Of a stretch of DNA of 64,000 nt, positions 50,271 to 61,352 are shown piece after piece. Under the pieces are notes generated by a model that searched no databases, was not told the DNA's origin, and saw only the letters and a list, made by a program, of their open reading frames with translations. Position 1 is the first letter of the stretch, and each line of letters starts with the position of its first letter. Source of the stretch: an uncultured Leptospirales bacterium (GTDB lineage: Bacteria; Spirochaetota; UBA4802; UBA5368); assembly GCA_964624235.1 (NCBI GenBank), contig CAZUXY010000002.1, forward strand, positions 35,668 through 99,667. The letters run 5' to 3'. A program made the translations under genes and the position numbers.

Positions 50271-51383
50271 ATGGAAATGAAAAGGAATCCGATCACTCCC
50301 GACGCGTTAACGGCCTTCGCCGCCGCTTCATATATTCCTTTCAAATCAGGTGCCTCAAAAGCGGATGTGGTCAGATCGATTGCGGAAAAAATATCTGCGG
50401 AACTCGGAAAACAACTGCATCCCGCCCTGCTCTCCCGTCCTGACGATGTGTCCGTGAAGTTCATTGAGCTGCTGGACCAGATAGTATTTGAGATGGAAAG
50501 CGCGCATAACGGTAACGGCAACAAAACCGAAGATTATATAATTGACGATCTCTACGGGCGTGCTGAAGTTTTCCTGGAGTATTATAATGACGTAGAAAAA
50601 TATAAAAAAGGACTCGCCAGCCGCATTCTCACCCTGGACGATACGGTCATTATCGGCCACAACCGCATGAATGAATATATACCGGTGCTGATGTCGGAAT
50701 TCAACGACCAGCCCCATCTCCGCTTCGCAATACTTCAATCCCTGTCGCTGTTCGACGATGAATCTTTGATCAATTTCTTTTATGAAATAGCCAATAATGG
50801 TCATGAAATAGAATTGAAAATTGTAGCTCTCCTGGGACTGAAGAACAACCGGAACAGGTTTTATAACTGGCACCGGCTGAACGGGCAGGAAGATCTAAAA
50901 TACAAGTCCCTTATATCCTATGTGACCGAAAATGGGAATTCCGGCCGTATCCACGTCTCAAATCCCTATGTTCTTTTTTACCGACTCCTCATACTGGACC
51001 ATACCCTGAAAGGCGAGATGAATGAAGCGCACTGCAGGGATTTGCTCGATATCCTTAATGATGTTGCGGATGCGGACCTGGAATCAACCGCGTTGAAAAA
51101 TGTGATGGAAGAGGTTTTTTCCAGTATACTCAGCAAGGTCAACAGTGAGGCCATGCAGCAGTTCCTGGAATGCGGGGATAACCTTGCCGCTTTCCTGAAT
51201 TCCCTCGAGTTTCTTCCTCCGGAGATTTTTGAAAAGGCCGTGGTAATGATCGGTTCAATGAATGATCATCTAATTTTGGAGATTGAGAAGCTGTCGGCGA
51301 AGGGATTAATCAGCATCAGCGACCGGAATCTGAAGTTCTCGGCATATCTCTTCCCCCACGAACCGGGGAATATCGAATTTTAG
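50271..51383 (+). CDS. Hypothetical all-helical (HEAT/ARM-like) protein
   Basis: 370-aa ORF with plausible codon use and no recognised family; LRFAILQSL and LKIVALLGL look like HEAT helices. Confidence 0.65.
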   Translation: MEMKRNPITPDALTAFAAASYIPFKSGASKADVVRSIAEKISAELGKQLHPALLSRPDDVSVKFIELLDQIVFEMESAHNGNGNKTEDYIIDDLYGRAEVFLEYYNDVEKYKKGLASRILTLDDTVIIGHNRMNEYIPVLMSEFNDQPHLRFAILQSLSLFDDESLINFFYEIANNGHEIELKIVALLGLKNNRNRFYNWHRLNGQEDLKYKSLISYVTENGNSGRIHVSNPYVLFYRLLILDHTLKGEMNEAHCRDLLDILNDVADADLESTALKNVMEEVFSSILSKVNSEAMQQFLECGDNLAAFLNSLEFLPPEIFEKAVVMIGSMNDHLILEIEKLSAKGLISISDRNLKFSAYLFPHEPGNIEF

Positions 51384-51516
51384 GTTTGCCAGGGCACTTT
51401 GTTGATCTTCAATTCTTGCCTCAATCCATTGTGTCGGCACAACGGCAACATGGGTTCAATACTGTAAAAGCTTTTAAAAACATAGATACTGGACATAACG
51501 AGAGGAGGTGCGTCAT

Positions 51517-52695
51517 ATGCGGGAAGTGGTGATTGCTTCGATCGTTCGTACGCCGGTTGGGACCTTCGGGGGCACGATTAAAGATGTGAACGTTGTCGAT
51601 CTGGGAATAATCGTTGTCAGGGAGGCGATGAAGAGGGCAGGCATTGAACCTGGTATGGTGGAAAATGTACTGATGGGTAACGTGCTTCAGTCGGGTCAGG
51701 GACAGAACACCGCACGGCAGGTGTTGATTTATTCAGGAATACCCCAGGAAATCCCGGCGATGACGGTAAACAAGGTATGTGCATCCGGACTGCGCGCGGT
51801 TTCCCTGGCGGCCCAGATAATAAAGGCGGGTGACGCCGATATCATCGTAGCCGGCGGGATGGAAAATATGAGTGCGGCGCCCTTTGCTCTTATGAATGCG
51901 CGGTGGGGGTACCGCATGGGTGACGCGAAAATAGTCGACCTGATGATCAAAGACGGTTTATGGGAACATTTCAATAAGTATCATATGGGTATTACAGCGG
52001 AGAACGTGGCGGAAAGATGGAAGCTGACGCGACAGGAACTTGATGAATTCTCCATGGCGAGCCAGCAGAAGGCGGAAAGGGCAATAAAGGAAGGGAGGTT
52101 CAAGGATGAAATCGTACCGGTAGAAGTAAAGGGTAAAAAAGGAGATACTGTGCTGTTCGATACCGATGAACACCCCCGGTTCGGTACCACGATGGAGATA
52201 CTCTCCCGCATAAAACCGGCTTTTAAGAATGACGGGCTGGTCACTGCCGGAAACGCATCGGGGATCAATGACGGGGCCGCGGCGGCGGTGGTGATGTCTA
52301 AGGATAAGGCAAAGGCGCTCGGGATTACTCCCCTGGCAAAAATTGTCTCTTATGCCTCGGCAGGAGTTGAGCCCGCGATCATGGGAACCGGTCCCATACC
52401 CGCCAGCAGAAAAGCGCTTGAAAAGGCGGGGTGGAAACCCGGTGATCTGGACCTTATCGAAGCGAATGAAGCTTTCGCCTCACAGGCCATAGTGGTGAAC
52501 CGTGAACTGGGCTGGGACACCGCGAAGGTGAACGTAAACGGTGGCGCGATAGCCCTGGGGCATCCTATAGGGGCCTCGGGCGCTCGTATCCTTACGACGC
52601 TGATATATGAAATGAAAAAGCGAAAAGCGAAAAAAGGCATAGCGACCCTCTGTATCGGCGGCGGTCAGGGGGCGGCGATTACCGTTGAAATGTAA
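51517..52695 (+). CDS. Acetyl-CoA C-acetyltransferase (thiolase)
   Basis: [26 protein letters not shown]; ATG 51517 after GAGGAGG. Confidence 0.96.
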   Translation: MREVVIASIVRTPVGTFGGTIKDVNVVDLGIIVVREAMKRAGIEPGMVENVLMGNVLQSGQGQNTARQVLIYSGIPQEIPAMTVNKVCASGLRAVSLAAQIIKAGDADIIVAGGMENMSAAPFALMNARWGYRMGDAKIVDLMIKDGLWEHFNKYHMGITAENVAERWKLTRQELDEFSMASQQKAERAIKEGRFKDEIVPVEVKGKKGDTVLFDTDEHPRFGTTMEILSRIKPAFKNDGLVTAGNASGINDGAAAAVVMSKDKAKALGITPLAKIVSYASAGVEPAIMGTGPIPASRKALEKAGWKPGDLDLIEANEAFASQAIVVNRELGWDTAKVNVNGGAIALGHPIGASGARILTTLIYEMKKRKAKKGIATLCIGGGQGAAITVEM

Positions 52696-52721
52696 TACTG
52701 TATAACTAAGAACTTAATGAA

Positions 52722-52748
52722 AGGACCCCGCCTGACCGGGGTCTTTTT
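52722..52748 (+). terminator. Intrinsic terminator after thiolase
   Basis: GACCCCG-CCTGAC-CGGGGTC-TTTTT. Confidence 0.85.
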
Positions 52749-52858
52749 GCATTTCTGTTGATTTTGCATGCATTATACGGAAATTCTTCTTGATCATGCT
52801 TTTCAGAGACCTCAATAATAGCTACTGTCATTGGAATGCCATACTTCGAAGAAATCGG

Positions 52859-54034
52859 GTGAAGCCATTGTCGTATTTAATTAAAACAGTATACCTGGTT
52901 ATAATTACCATCACCGTCTGGCCGGCGTTATTGAACTCCAGAGGTTATGCCCAGAAACGAGTGAATGGAATAAAAGACCAGATGCGGGAAGAAACATCCC
53001 TCAAAAGAGAAAATTCTGCGTTAAAAGAAGGCAAAGCGGTTGATGATACCGAAAAGAAAAAGACCGTTACTGTGAAAAATCCCGCGGTTATAGAAAAAGA
53101 CAAAGCCATGTTGGCAAAATATATGCGGGAATCCGAGATGGCCAGGATCAGAAAGCATTATCTGCATAACCGTCTGGGTGAACTTGAAAAAAGTCTGAAA
53201 ATCTATGGCGGAAAATACAAGGTAGAAAAAGACAGGGATTATCATTTCTATATGGGATTTTATCATGAAACCAGGGGAGATTACCGCAAAGCGGTAGAGA
53301 GCTATCTGCATGCGATCGATATCTCAGGTGATTATACCCGGGCCCGAAACAGCCTGGGCAATCTCTACTGTCGTCTCCACAAATACCACTTTGCCCTCCC
53401 ACATTTTCGGAAGGCCATGGAGATCAATCCCTACAATCCTTTTATCCATTTCAACATGGGCAGCCTTTATCTGGAGATAGGGGATCTCGACAACGCCCTG
53501 ATACATCTGGAACAAGCGGTGTCGTACAAACAAAATTTCGGCAGCGCTTATCACAAGCTCGGGATACTGATGTTTCATAAAAAGCAATACATGCGGTCGA
53601 TCGACTATTTAAACAGGGCGGTTTCATTCAACAGTGAGTCTCACAGCACCCATTATTATATGGGACTTTCATACTATTTCCTTGAGAGGGGAAGTCTGGC
53701 CATCGCAAGCATGAAAAAGGCCCTGCAGATGAAACCCGATTTCTTCGAGGCCGCCCTCGAGCTGGGCAAGATACATCATTCTTACGGTGAATTCTCTTAT
53801 GCCCTCGATTATTACAATCGGGCGAGTTCAATAAATCCCGATTTCAAGGATTTACGGTTGAGGATGGTGGAGTGCCACCGGGAATTGAAACAGTACCAGG
53901 ACGCGATCAAGATAATCAGGAATATGCTCGCGAAGGACCCGGAAAACGAGGTGCTGCAGCGTTATTTGAAAAACCTGCAGGAAAGAAAACTGATAGAGAA
54001 CCTGGAAATCCCCCATGATTACTACGGTTACTAG
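52859..54034 (+). CDS. Exported TPR-repeat protein
   Basis: Signal-like N-terminus and about eight TPR units (ARNSLGNLY, IHFNMGSLY, AYHKLGIL, AALELGKI). Start uncertain (GTG 52859). Confidence 0.85.
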   Translation: MKPLSYLIKTVYLVIITITVWPALLNSRGYAQKRVNGIKDQMREETSLKRENSALKEGKAVDDTEKKKTVTVKNPAVIEKDKAMLAKYMRESEMARIRKHYLHNRLGELEKSLKIYGGKYKVEKDRDYHFYMGFYHETRGDYRKAVESYLHAIDISGDYTRARNSLGNLYCRLHKYHFALPHFRKAMEINPYNPFIHFNMGSLYLEIGDLDNALIHLEQAVSYKQNFGSAYHKLGILMFHKKQYMRSIDYLNRAVSFNSESHSTHYYMGLSYYFLERGSLAIASMKKALQMKPDFFEAALELGKIHHSYGEFSYALDYYNRASSINPDFKDLRLRMVECHRELKQYQDAIKIIRNMLAKDPENEVLQRYLKNLQERKLIENLEIPHDYYGY

Positions 54035-54109
54035 CAGTGCTGATTGTTTCCGGCATGATGATGTGACCGGACTGATACAACATACACAAGGAGGACATGG
54101 CAGAACGGT

Positions 54110-55177
54110 ATGGATAATGCCTGTGATGTAAACCGGCTCGACAGACAGCGTCTGACTGAATCCGTTAAGGGAGCGGGGTGAGCTTCGAAGATAGGGCCGG
54201 CGGAGCTGGCCCTGGTAATGAAAAGCCTCGATATCCCCTATGACGCCAGGGTCATCGTTGGGATGGAAACCGGCGACGACGCGGGTGTGTACCGCTTGAC
54301 GGAAGATATCGCCCTTATTCAGACGGTGGATTTTTTCACCCCCATCGTGGATGATCCTTTTGTCTTCGGTCAGATAGCCGTGGCCAACGGCCTTTCTGAT
54401 GTGTACGCCATGGGTGGGAGGCCCCTTACCGCCTTGAATATAATCGCCTTTCCCTTGCAGAAATTCAGTCTCGAGGTTATGGGCCGCATAATGGACGGGG
54501 GTCTGAGTATTCTGAAAAAAGCGGGAGTTCAGCTACTTGGCGGCCACAGCGTGGAAGACGAAGAGCTGAAATACGGTGTGGCGGTGACCGGGTTGGTGCA
54601 TCCCGACAGGGTACTGAAAAACCGGGGACTCCGCGACGGGGACGTACTTGTCTTTACCAAGCCTCTCGGCACCGGCATCATCGGTACGGTACTTAAGGGC
54701 GGCCCCATCGATTCATTGATATACGATCCGTTTGTGAATTCCATGGTAACCCTGAACGCCGCCGCGGCGGAAGCGGCGGTAAAATATGACATCCATGCCT
54801 GTACCGATGTGACGGGTTTCGGACTCATGGGGCATCTGAAGGAAATGCTGGCCGGCGATCCCCTTTCCGTAATGGTTGAGTCATCGAAACTCCCCGTTCT
54901 GCCTGGGGCACTGGAATATGCCGCCATGGGAATGATACCCGGCGGTCTGTACCGCAACCGGGACCATGTCGGTGGTCTCTGTGATGTGTCTCCGGGGGTT
55001 AAAAGGGAAATCGCCGACCTCGTATTCGATCCCCAGACTTCCGGGGGATTACTGCTGTCGCTTACCCCTCCGGAAGCCGCCCTGCTTGTGGAAGATCTTC
55101 ACCGCACGGGATGTACGTATGCCGGGATAATCGGGAAGGTCGAGCGGAGCGCGAAACAGAAACTCATACTGGTGTAA
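54110..55177 (+). CDS. selD: Selenide, water dikinase SelD (selenoprotein; Sec at TGA 54179-54181)
   Basis: The frame upstream of the ORF-track start reads MDNACDVNRLDRQRLTESVKGAG-U-ASKIGP, then DDAGVY, QTVDFFTP, GGHS, TDVTGFGL, DPQTSGGLL. Confidence 0.95.
54193..54213 (+). promoter_or_regulatory. Bacterial SECIS element of selD
   Basis: AGGGCCGGC-GGA-GCTGGCCCT stem-loop beginning 11 nt after the UGA. Confidence 0.75.
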
Positions 55178-55211
55178 CACCATACCCCCGCTAAGGGGAA
55201 ACGCCGCCCGA

Positions 55212-55751
55212 TCAGGCGTTGCCCCCTCCTGAAATGAATCCTTTCGACGGGGGACCGGTATCGGCCGGCGTTCCGGCGATGCGGGCCAGATACGAGGCGC
55301 CCAGTTTTTCCAGATGGTCGCTTACATTATCGAAATAGTTGAAATGCTCCTGCTCCTCGTCGATGACGGTCTCAAACAGCTTCATGGTGCCGCTGTCGCC
55401 GTTTTCGCGGCAGACCAGAACGAACTGGTTGTAGATGTCTATCGTATCGTCTTCCAGTTTGGCGTCAAAGGGGAACACGGCGTCCACCTTCTGTCCCTTT
55501 TCCACCTTGTCGGCCGGATCGGTGGTGGGCTCTCCGCCCAGTTCCTTGATCCTTTCGGCGAACATTTCGGCGTGCCGCATCTCGTCAATGGCGATAAGCT
55601 TTATATTCGCCGCCAGCTCGCCGTAGTCGCTGTCGTCCAGGTTGTAATGCTGGTTCATGTACTGATGTATGGCGTGAAGCTCCATCGACCGGGCCTTGTT
55701 CAACACTTCGATAACTTTCTTTTTGCGTTCGTCTTTTGATGCCTGGGCCAT
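55212..55751 (-). CDS. bfr: Bacterioferritin
   Basis: MELHAIHQY, IDEMRHAE (heme Met), EDDTI.IY, DEEQEH ferroxidase ligands; RBS GGAGG. Confidence 0.88.
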   Translation of the reverse strand: MAQASKDERKKKVIEVLNKARSMELHAIHQYMNQHYNLDDSDYGELAANIKLIAIDEMRHAEMFAERIKELGGEPTTDPADKVEKGQKVDAVFPFDAKLEDDTIDIYNQFVLVCRENGDSGTMKLFETVIDEEQEHFNYFDNVSDHLEKLGASYLARIAGTPADTGPPSKGFISGGGNA

Positions 55752-56135
55752 TATACACCTCCGTTGAATTTTAATGATGCGTTATTATGGTCCTTTTACG
55801 CTGTGACCGATGCGGTGAATGTCGTGTCCATCACCAAGAATAACCCGGGCCGACTTCCCGCGTTCCGTAATATCTAGAAAACCGGGGACTTCCGGTATTT
55901 TACCAGTTTAACTGCTGTTGGGGAATTGTAAATGATCGAACTCATTTTTAAAATGATAATATGACGCCTAACAGGTCAACAGGAATTTTTATAATTTTAG
56001 AATATTCTTTAGTGTGTATAAAATTCAGCATGAATTGTGCCTTGAAAAAAACAAACCCTGATATGAGCATTACTGTCACACCGGCATGGTTTCTGAATAT
56101 TAAACTATAATGAATATACTGAAAGAGTGTGCTTT

Positions 56136-57089
56136 ATGCGTATAGACAGAATGCTGGCCATTACCGTGATGCTGCTCAACCGGCAAAGGATAAGCGCGCG
56201 GGAGCTGGCGGATAAATTCGAGGTTTCGGTCAGAACCATATATCGCGATATCGACGCGATCAACCTTGCGGGTATTCCGGTGGTTTCGTACTCCGGCAAC
56301 AACGGCGGTTTCGGGATCATGGAAAACTACAAGATCGATCGGCAGGTACTTACCCTTAACGATATGGTCGCCCTTCTATCGGCGTTAAAGGGAATCAGTA
56401 CTTCCATGGATTACCGTGAGCTGGATACGGCCATTGAAAAGATCAACAGCCTGCTCCCCAGGGACCGTAACGGCGGGGGAATGCCGGTAACCGAGCAGCT
56501 GGTGATCGATATACTGCCCTGGGGGTTCCGTAAAAAACAGAAGGAATACCTTCAACTGGTGCATCGTGCGATTTATCGCCTGCAACTCCTGGAATTCAGC
56601 TATAAGAATTCCCGCGGGGAGGAGAAGCGTCGTGTGATCGAGCCCATGACGCTGCTGTTCAAGGGATACGCATGGTATCTTTTCGGCTATTGCAGAATGA
56701 AAAAAGATTTTCGTATCTTTCGGCTCTCGCGTATCAGCGGGCTTAATACCATGGAAGAGGGGTTTGTGCGCCGGGATGTATCCTACAGGGCCTACATGCA
56801 GGAGGATGAGGCCGCCACGGGCATGGTCGATCTGATTATCAGGTTTGCTCCCCGCATGAGGTATCGCGTTGAGGATTACTTCGACGAAAATCAGATCACC
56901 GTCGGCGAAGACGGATCCGTTACGGTCAGGGCATCTTTTCCCGAGGATGAATGGATTTATTCGATGTTGCTCAGTTATGGTGAAAATGCCGAAGTCATCG
57001 CACCCCGGCGCGTAAGGGACCTGCTGCGGGAAAAATCGAAAAAAATCTGCGCGCTTTACAAACCTGACACAGTGGTGTCACGGTCATGA
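56136..57089 (+). CDS. YafY-family HTH-WYL transcriptional regulator
   Basis: ELADKFEVSVRTIYRDI, RVIEPMTL, AWYLFGYC, FRIFRLSRI, LLSYGENAEVIAP. Confidence 0.95.
   Translation: MRIDRMLAITVMLLNRQRISARELADKFEVSVRTIYRDIDAINLAGIPVVSYSGNNGGFGIMENYKIDRQVLTLNDMVALLSALKGISTSMDYRELDTAIEKINSLLPRDRNGGGMPVTEQLVIDILPWGFRKKQKEYLQLVHRAIYRLQLLEFSYKNSRGEEKRRVIEPMTLLFKGYAWYLFGYCRMKKDFRIFRLSRISGLNTMEEGFVRRDVSYRAYMQEDEAATGMVDLIIRFAPRMRYRVEDYFDENQITVGEDGSVTVRASFPEDEWIYSMLLSYGENAEVIAPRRVRDLLREKSKKICALYKPDTVVSRS
57065..57080 (+). promoter_or_regulatory. Candidate WYL-regulator operator
   Basis: Perfect inverted repeat TGACAC-AGTG-GTGTCA at the 3' end of the regulator gene, upstream of the next operon. Confidence 0.65.
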
Positions 57090-57127
57090 GGTACTCTGGC
57101 TGCAGTTATTACAACAGGAGGTAATTC

Positions 57128-57376
57128 ATGAGTACGTCATGTCAATCATGCGGTATGCCCCTTGCGGCAGACGCGGCACAGGGGGTTTACTGCGGCTTTT
57201 GCGTCGATGAGGCGGGCAGGCTTCGGCAAAAAGAACAGGTTCAAACGGGGATAGCCCGCTGGCTGGAAGGATTCGCGCCTGAAGGTACCGGGGCCGATTT
57301 CATGGAAAGGGCCGGGCACTACATGAAAGCAATGCCGGCTTGGGCTGAAAAATTACAGGGTGCGGGAGGAAAATGA
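57128..57376 (+). CDS. Small zinc-ribbon protein
   Basis: CQSCGMPL, YCGFC, terminal MPAW; RBS AGGAGG. Confidence 0.85.
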   Translation: MSTSCQSCGMPLAADAAQGVYCGFCVDEAGRLRQKEQVQTGIARWLEGFAPEGTGADFMERAGHYMKAMPAWAEKLQGAGGK

Positions 57377-57735
57377 TGAAGAGACTGATCGTCGCGTCGA
57401 TTTCGGGATTTCTCTGCGGTTTGATCTGCTTCGGCCTTGCCTCACGCGGTACGGGCGATTTTCCGTTTCCGGTAATACTGCAGATAGTTGCCAGCCGTAC
57501 GCTGATCGGGGTGGCCATAGGCATCAGCTGCGTACGGCTGGGCCACTGGTCGATACACGGACTGGTAATGGGACTGCTGTTCAGCATCCCTCTGGCGTTC
57601 AGCGGCCTCATGGCGCCGGAAAATCCCCAGTTCAGCAAAACCGGCATATTCACAAGTACGCTGATCATGGGAATGGTATACGGGTTTTGTATAGAACTGG
57701 TAACGTCGCTGGTTTTCAGGGCCAGGAGCAGATGA
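57373..57735 (+). CDS. Small four-TM membrane protein
   Basis: Four Gly-rich hydrophobic segments; ATGA overlap with the zinc-ribbon gene. Confidence 0.8.
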   Translation: MMKRLIVASISGFLCGLICFGLASRGTGDFPFPVILQIVASRTLIGVAIGISCVRLGHWSIHGLVMGLLFSIPLAFSGLMAPENPQFSKTGIFTSTLIMGMVYGFCIELVTSLVFRARSR

Positions 57736-57793
57736 TCACGCGCCTTTAACCCTGAGCGTCAGCGAAAGGATCGTGCGGTCGTTATGTAATGTT

Positions 57794-57823
57794 AAAAGGG
57801 TGTTCCATTAAGAACACCCTTTT
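57794..57823. terminator. Intrinsic bidirectional terminator closing the WYL module
   Basis: AAAAGGGTGTTC-CATTAA-GAACACCCTTTT, a perfect 12-bp stem. Confidence 0.85.
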
Positions 57824-57912
57824 CGCTCCAGACAGCGCAGAGCGTGGTAAAATATTTGACATGTCATCGAAGACTGCATATTTCTTGTATACCATCTTTT
57901 TTAAATCCAAAT

Positions 57913-58002
57913 GGAAGCGGATGGGGTCCGGTGGCCCCCGCGGTCTTCAAAACCGTAGACTGCAATATATTGCAGTGGCAGGTTCGATTCCTGCCCCTTC
58001 CG
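57913..58002 (+). tRNA. selC: tRNA-Sec (anticodon UCA), CCA not encoded
   Basis: GGAAG 5' end, 6-bp D stem with CGGT loop, GCGGT-CTTCAAA-ACCGT, long variable arm ACTGCAA-TATA-TTGCAGT, GCAGG-TTCGATT-CCTGC; adjacent to selA. Confidence 0.96.
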
Positions 58003-58016
58003 CATAGGCAGAACCA

Positions 58017-59411
58017 ATGGAAGAAACCGCCGACATCCTGCGCCGCATTCCACAGGTTGAAAAGCTGCTTCAATCGAAAGAGATACGCGGTTTTATCAGG
58101 GTAATAGGACACAACGTGGTTGCCGGGATAATCAAGGAAGAAGTGGCCCGGTTCAGGGAGATACTGAAAGTCAGGAACGGCGCAGACATGGGGGACCTGA
58201 TAAACAACGTGATCGCCGGCTGCGAACTGAAACGGCTCGAAAAACTGCAGAGGGTCATCAACGGAACAGGCATCATCATTCATACGAACCTGGGCCGTTC
58301 GCCCCTCGGCACGGACACACTGGATGATTTAACGAAAGCGCTTTCCGGTTACTGTAACCTGGAACTCTACCTCCCTGAAAAAAAGCGCGGACGCCGCGGG
58401 GGTTTTGCCGAGGGACTTTTAAGTTCCCTTGCCGGCGCAGAAGACGCACTGATTGTCAACAACAACGCCGCATGTGTTTTCCTGATTTTAAAGGAATTCG
58501 GTGACGGTAGGGAAGTGATCGTCTCACGCGGTGAACTGGTGCAGATCGGCGGCGGCTTCAGGATACCCGATATCATGAAACAGACGGGGGCGTCCCTGGT
58601 GGAGGTGGGCACCACCAACATCACCACCATTGAGGATTACCGAAACGCCGTTAACGATAACACCGCCATGATATTCTCCGCTCACCGATCGAACTTCCGC
58701 ATGGAGGGTTTCAGCTCTGGACCTGAGATGAGGGAGATCGCCGCCTTGAAATCCGACGCCGTACTTTACGTGAGAGATCTGGGCAGCGGCAACGTGGTAC
58801 ACGATACCCGGCTGCCCTCGTCTTTCGAGGTTACGGTTGAACATGAGCTGTCGCAGGGGGCAGACCTCGTATGTTTCAGCGGCGACAAGCTTCTGGGGGC
58901 CTGCCAGGCCGGGATTATCGTGGGCAGACGGGATCTGATCGCCCGACTGAAGAAGAACCCTCTTTTGAGAATGATCAGGGTCGACAAGATCACCTACTTT
59001 CTTTTACAGGAAACCCTGCTGAAATACGTGAACGGACAAACCGATGAGGTAAAACTCTGGTCGATAATCCACCAGAACAGGGATGACCTGGGGAAAAGGA
59101 TTAACAGGCTGATGCGTCTCATTTCATCGCCTCGCAGGAAAGAGTTTCTTGTGAGGACTTCACTGAAAAGCACGTACGGTGGGGGATCCATGCCGGGAAG
59201 CACTATAGAGAGCACGGGGCTGCGGGTTCGATTACCCGGAAAGAATGCCGAAGAGATCATTGCCTTCCTTACACGGCAGGAGGTGCCGGTGGTGGGTTAT
59301 ATTGAGGGCAATGATTGTATACTTGATTTTATGACCATCTTTGATGCGGACCTCAAAGATCTCGCCCGGGCATTGAACCTGCTTATCGCCCGTACCGTCG
59401 GAGCCGGCTGA
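58017..59411 (+). CDS. selA: L-seryl-tRNA(Sec) selenium transferase
   Basis: [51 protein letters not shown] (PLP Lys). Confidence 0.97.
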   Translation: MEETADILRRIPQVEKLLQSKEIRGFIRVIGHNVVAGIIKEEVARFREILKVRNGADMGDLINNVIAGCELKRLEKLQRVINGTGIIIHTNLGRSPLGTDTLDDLTKALSGYCNLELYLPEKKRGRRGGFAEGLLSSLAGAEDALIVNNNAACVFLILKEFGDGREVIVSRGELVQIGGGFRIPDIMKQTGASLVEVGTTNITTIEDYRNAVNDNTAMIFSAHRSNFRMEGFSSGPEMREIAALKSDAVLYVRDLGSGNVVHDTRLPSSFEVTVEHELSQGADLVCFSGDKLLGACQAGIIVGRRDLIARLKKNPLLRMIRVDKITYFLLQETLLKYVNGQTDEVKLWSIIHQNRDDLGKRINRLMRLISSPRRKEFLVRTSLKSTYGGGSMPGSTIESTGLRVRLPGKNAEEIIAFLTRQEVPVVGYIEGNDCILDFMTIFDADLKDLARALNLLIARTVGAG

Positions 59412-61234
59412 TGTATATCGTCGGTACCGCCGGGCACATTGACCACGGGAAAACCAGCCTCATCAAAGCGCTCACCGGCATTGATTGCGACCGTCTGCCC
59501 GAAGAAAAAGAACGGGAAATGACCATCGACATCGGTTTCGCCCGCATCGAATACCCGAAATTCGGTACGGTGAGCATTATCGACGTTCCAGGGCACGAAA
59601 GGTTCATTCGTAACATGGTGGCCGGCGCCTGGGGTATGGACCTTGCGCTTCTGGTTGTTGCGGTGGATGACGGCTGGATGCCCCAGACGGAAGATCACTT
59701 CCGCGTACTGTCGCTGCTCGGGGTAGAGAGGATGGTGGCGGTGCTGAACAAGATAGACCTTGCCGATGCCGAAATGATCGCGTTCGTCGAGGAGGAGGTG
59801 AGGGAAAAGGTTCGAGCATCGCGGTTTTCAGGTGCCGACCTGGCCAGGGTCTCGTCACGAACCGGCGGGGGGATCCCTGAGCTCCGGGAGCTCATATTAA
59901 AAAATCTTAAAATGCTGGCAAAAGCGGCGGATTCGCGGAAACCCTATCTTTTTGTGGACCGGGTATTTGCGGCAAAAGGGTACGGCACTGTGGTCACCGG
60001 GACACTGAAAAACGGATCGTTCCATGACGATGATTCCGTTGTAGTACTGCCGGAAGGCAGGGAGGTGAGGATAAAGAAGATCGAAAGCCATAACCGGGAA
60101 ATCCCTGAGGGTGTACCCTCCCAGAGGACCGCCCTGAATCTTGCCGGCATATCCTCTGATGAAATACACAGGGGCCATATCGTCGTAAGGAACAATTTTT
60201 TTACGGATTCCCCAGAGTTCATAGCGAGAATCGAGTTGCTGGACAGGGTAAGGGAAATAAAAAACAATACGGGGGTTGAAGTCCTCATAGGAACAGAGTC
60301 TCTGAAGGCAAAACTCATTTTTATTAATAATGCGCCAGAGGGGAGGAATCCATTTAACGCGCGAATCAAACCGGAAAAGCCGTGGCACTGTTTTCCTGGA
60401 CAGCATTTTGTCCTGACCAGGCCAGGCGGTTACCGCGTTATGGGCGGTGGAACGGTTGTCCTGCCGGACTACCGTTCTCTTCCGTCTCGACGTGCGGCAC
60501 ACCTGTTCCTCCCGCTGATATGTACCGGTAATGCTGAAGAATTGCTGCTGTACACGGTTTCGGCGCACGGGTTTATCCCGGAAAAACGTCTTGAGTCAAT
60601 GTTTCCACAAAGCGCAAAGGTTCTCGAAAAGATGATTGTGTCACTGATTGATACGGAAAAACTATTGCGGAAGGGTGAATATATTGTTGAAGGACGTTAC
60701 TACAAAGAAACCGCCGAAAAAATAGCGGAAGCGGTAAAGGGAACCATAGGACTCAAACTCAGGGAGATAGCCGATAAGGCCGGTATAAACGCTGATTTCT
60801 GCCGTGAAATTATGGCGTATGTCGCTGAAGAATACGGCATGGTGGAAAAAGACGGGAAGTATTTCACGGGAAGTGCAGTCACTCCCGAAACGCTCCCGCA
60901 CGCAATGAAATCCGCTTTAGCGGGCATCGAACGGAACGGTATCGAGGGAATTGAGCTTGAACGGGTTTCTGATGAGGCATTCAAGAAACTGATCAAGGAC
61001 CTGGTAAAGCTTGATCTTGCAGTCAGTCTGGACGGGAACATCATTCTGCACAGGAGTGTATATGAGGACCTGAAAGAAAAGATAATGGCCCTCTTCGCAA
61101 AACTCGAACGCATAACCGTACCAGACGCCAAAGATGCGACCTCACTCTCGCGAAAATATATTATTCCACTGCTGAACAGGATTGAAGGAGACGGCTTGAT
61201 AAAACGGATAGGCGATTTCAGGATCAAAGCGTAA
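59411..61234 (+). CDS. selB: Selenocysteine-specific elongation factor
   Basis: [34 protein letters not shown]-terminal SRKYIIPLL; TGATG overlap with selA. Confidence 0.97.
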   Translation: MYIVGTAGHIDHGKTSLIKALTGIDCDRLPEEKEREMTIDIGFARIEYPKFGTVSIIDVPGHERFIRNMVAGAWGMDLALLVVAVDDGWMPQTEDHFRVLSLLGVERMVAVLNKIDLADAEMIAFVEEEVREKVRASRFSGADLARVSSRTGGGIPELRELILKNLKMLAKAADSRKPYLFVDRVFAAKGYGTVVTGTLKNGSFHDDDSVVVLPEGREVRIKKIESHNREIPEGVPSQRTALNLAGISSDEIHRGHIVVRNNFFTDSPEFIARIELLDRVREIKNNTGVEVLIGTESLKAKLIFINNAPEGRNPFNARIKPEKPWHCFPGQHFVLTRPGGYRVMGGGTVVLPDYRSLPSRRAAHLFLPLICTGNAEELLLYTVSAHGFIPEKRLESMFPQSAKVLEKMIVSLIDTEKLLRKGEYIVEGRYYKETAEKIAEAVKGTIGLKLREIADKAGINADFCREIMAYVAEEYGMVEKDGKYFTGSAVTPETLPHAMKSALAGIERNGIEGIELERVSDEAFKKLIKDLVKLDLAVSLDGNIILHRSVYEDLKEKIMALFAKLERITVPDAKDATSLSRKYIIPLLNRIEGDGLIKRIGDFRIKA

Positions 61235-61352
61235 TATCATTGACAGCGGTCCGGATGTTTTACTACAATGAACAGACGTTTGTGCAATAGATGGTGTTCC
61301 ATATTCCATCATGCACGGCCATATATAAAAAAACCAACTATGGATTAGAGCT

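Noticed and set aside
54218-55177. ORF-track start for selD
   Set aside because: It omits the catalytic N-terminus; the true frame extends through a Sec UGA to 54110.
57735-58016. tRNA-Sec as an integration site for the WYL module
   Set aside because: No integrase, no duplicated tRNA 3' end and no direct repeats; the module lies 5' of the tRNA.
59409-59413. selA ends in UGA overlapping the selB ATG; possible Sec read-through
   Set aside because: No SECIS-like hairpin at the right distance, and TGATG is an ordinary coupling overlap.
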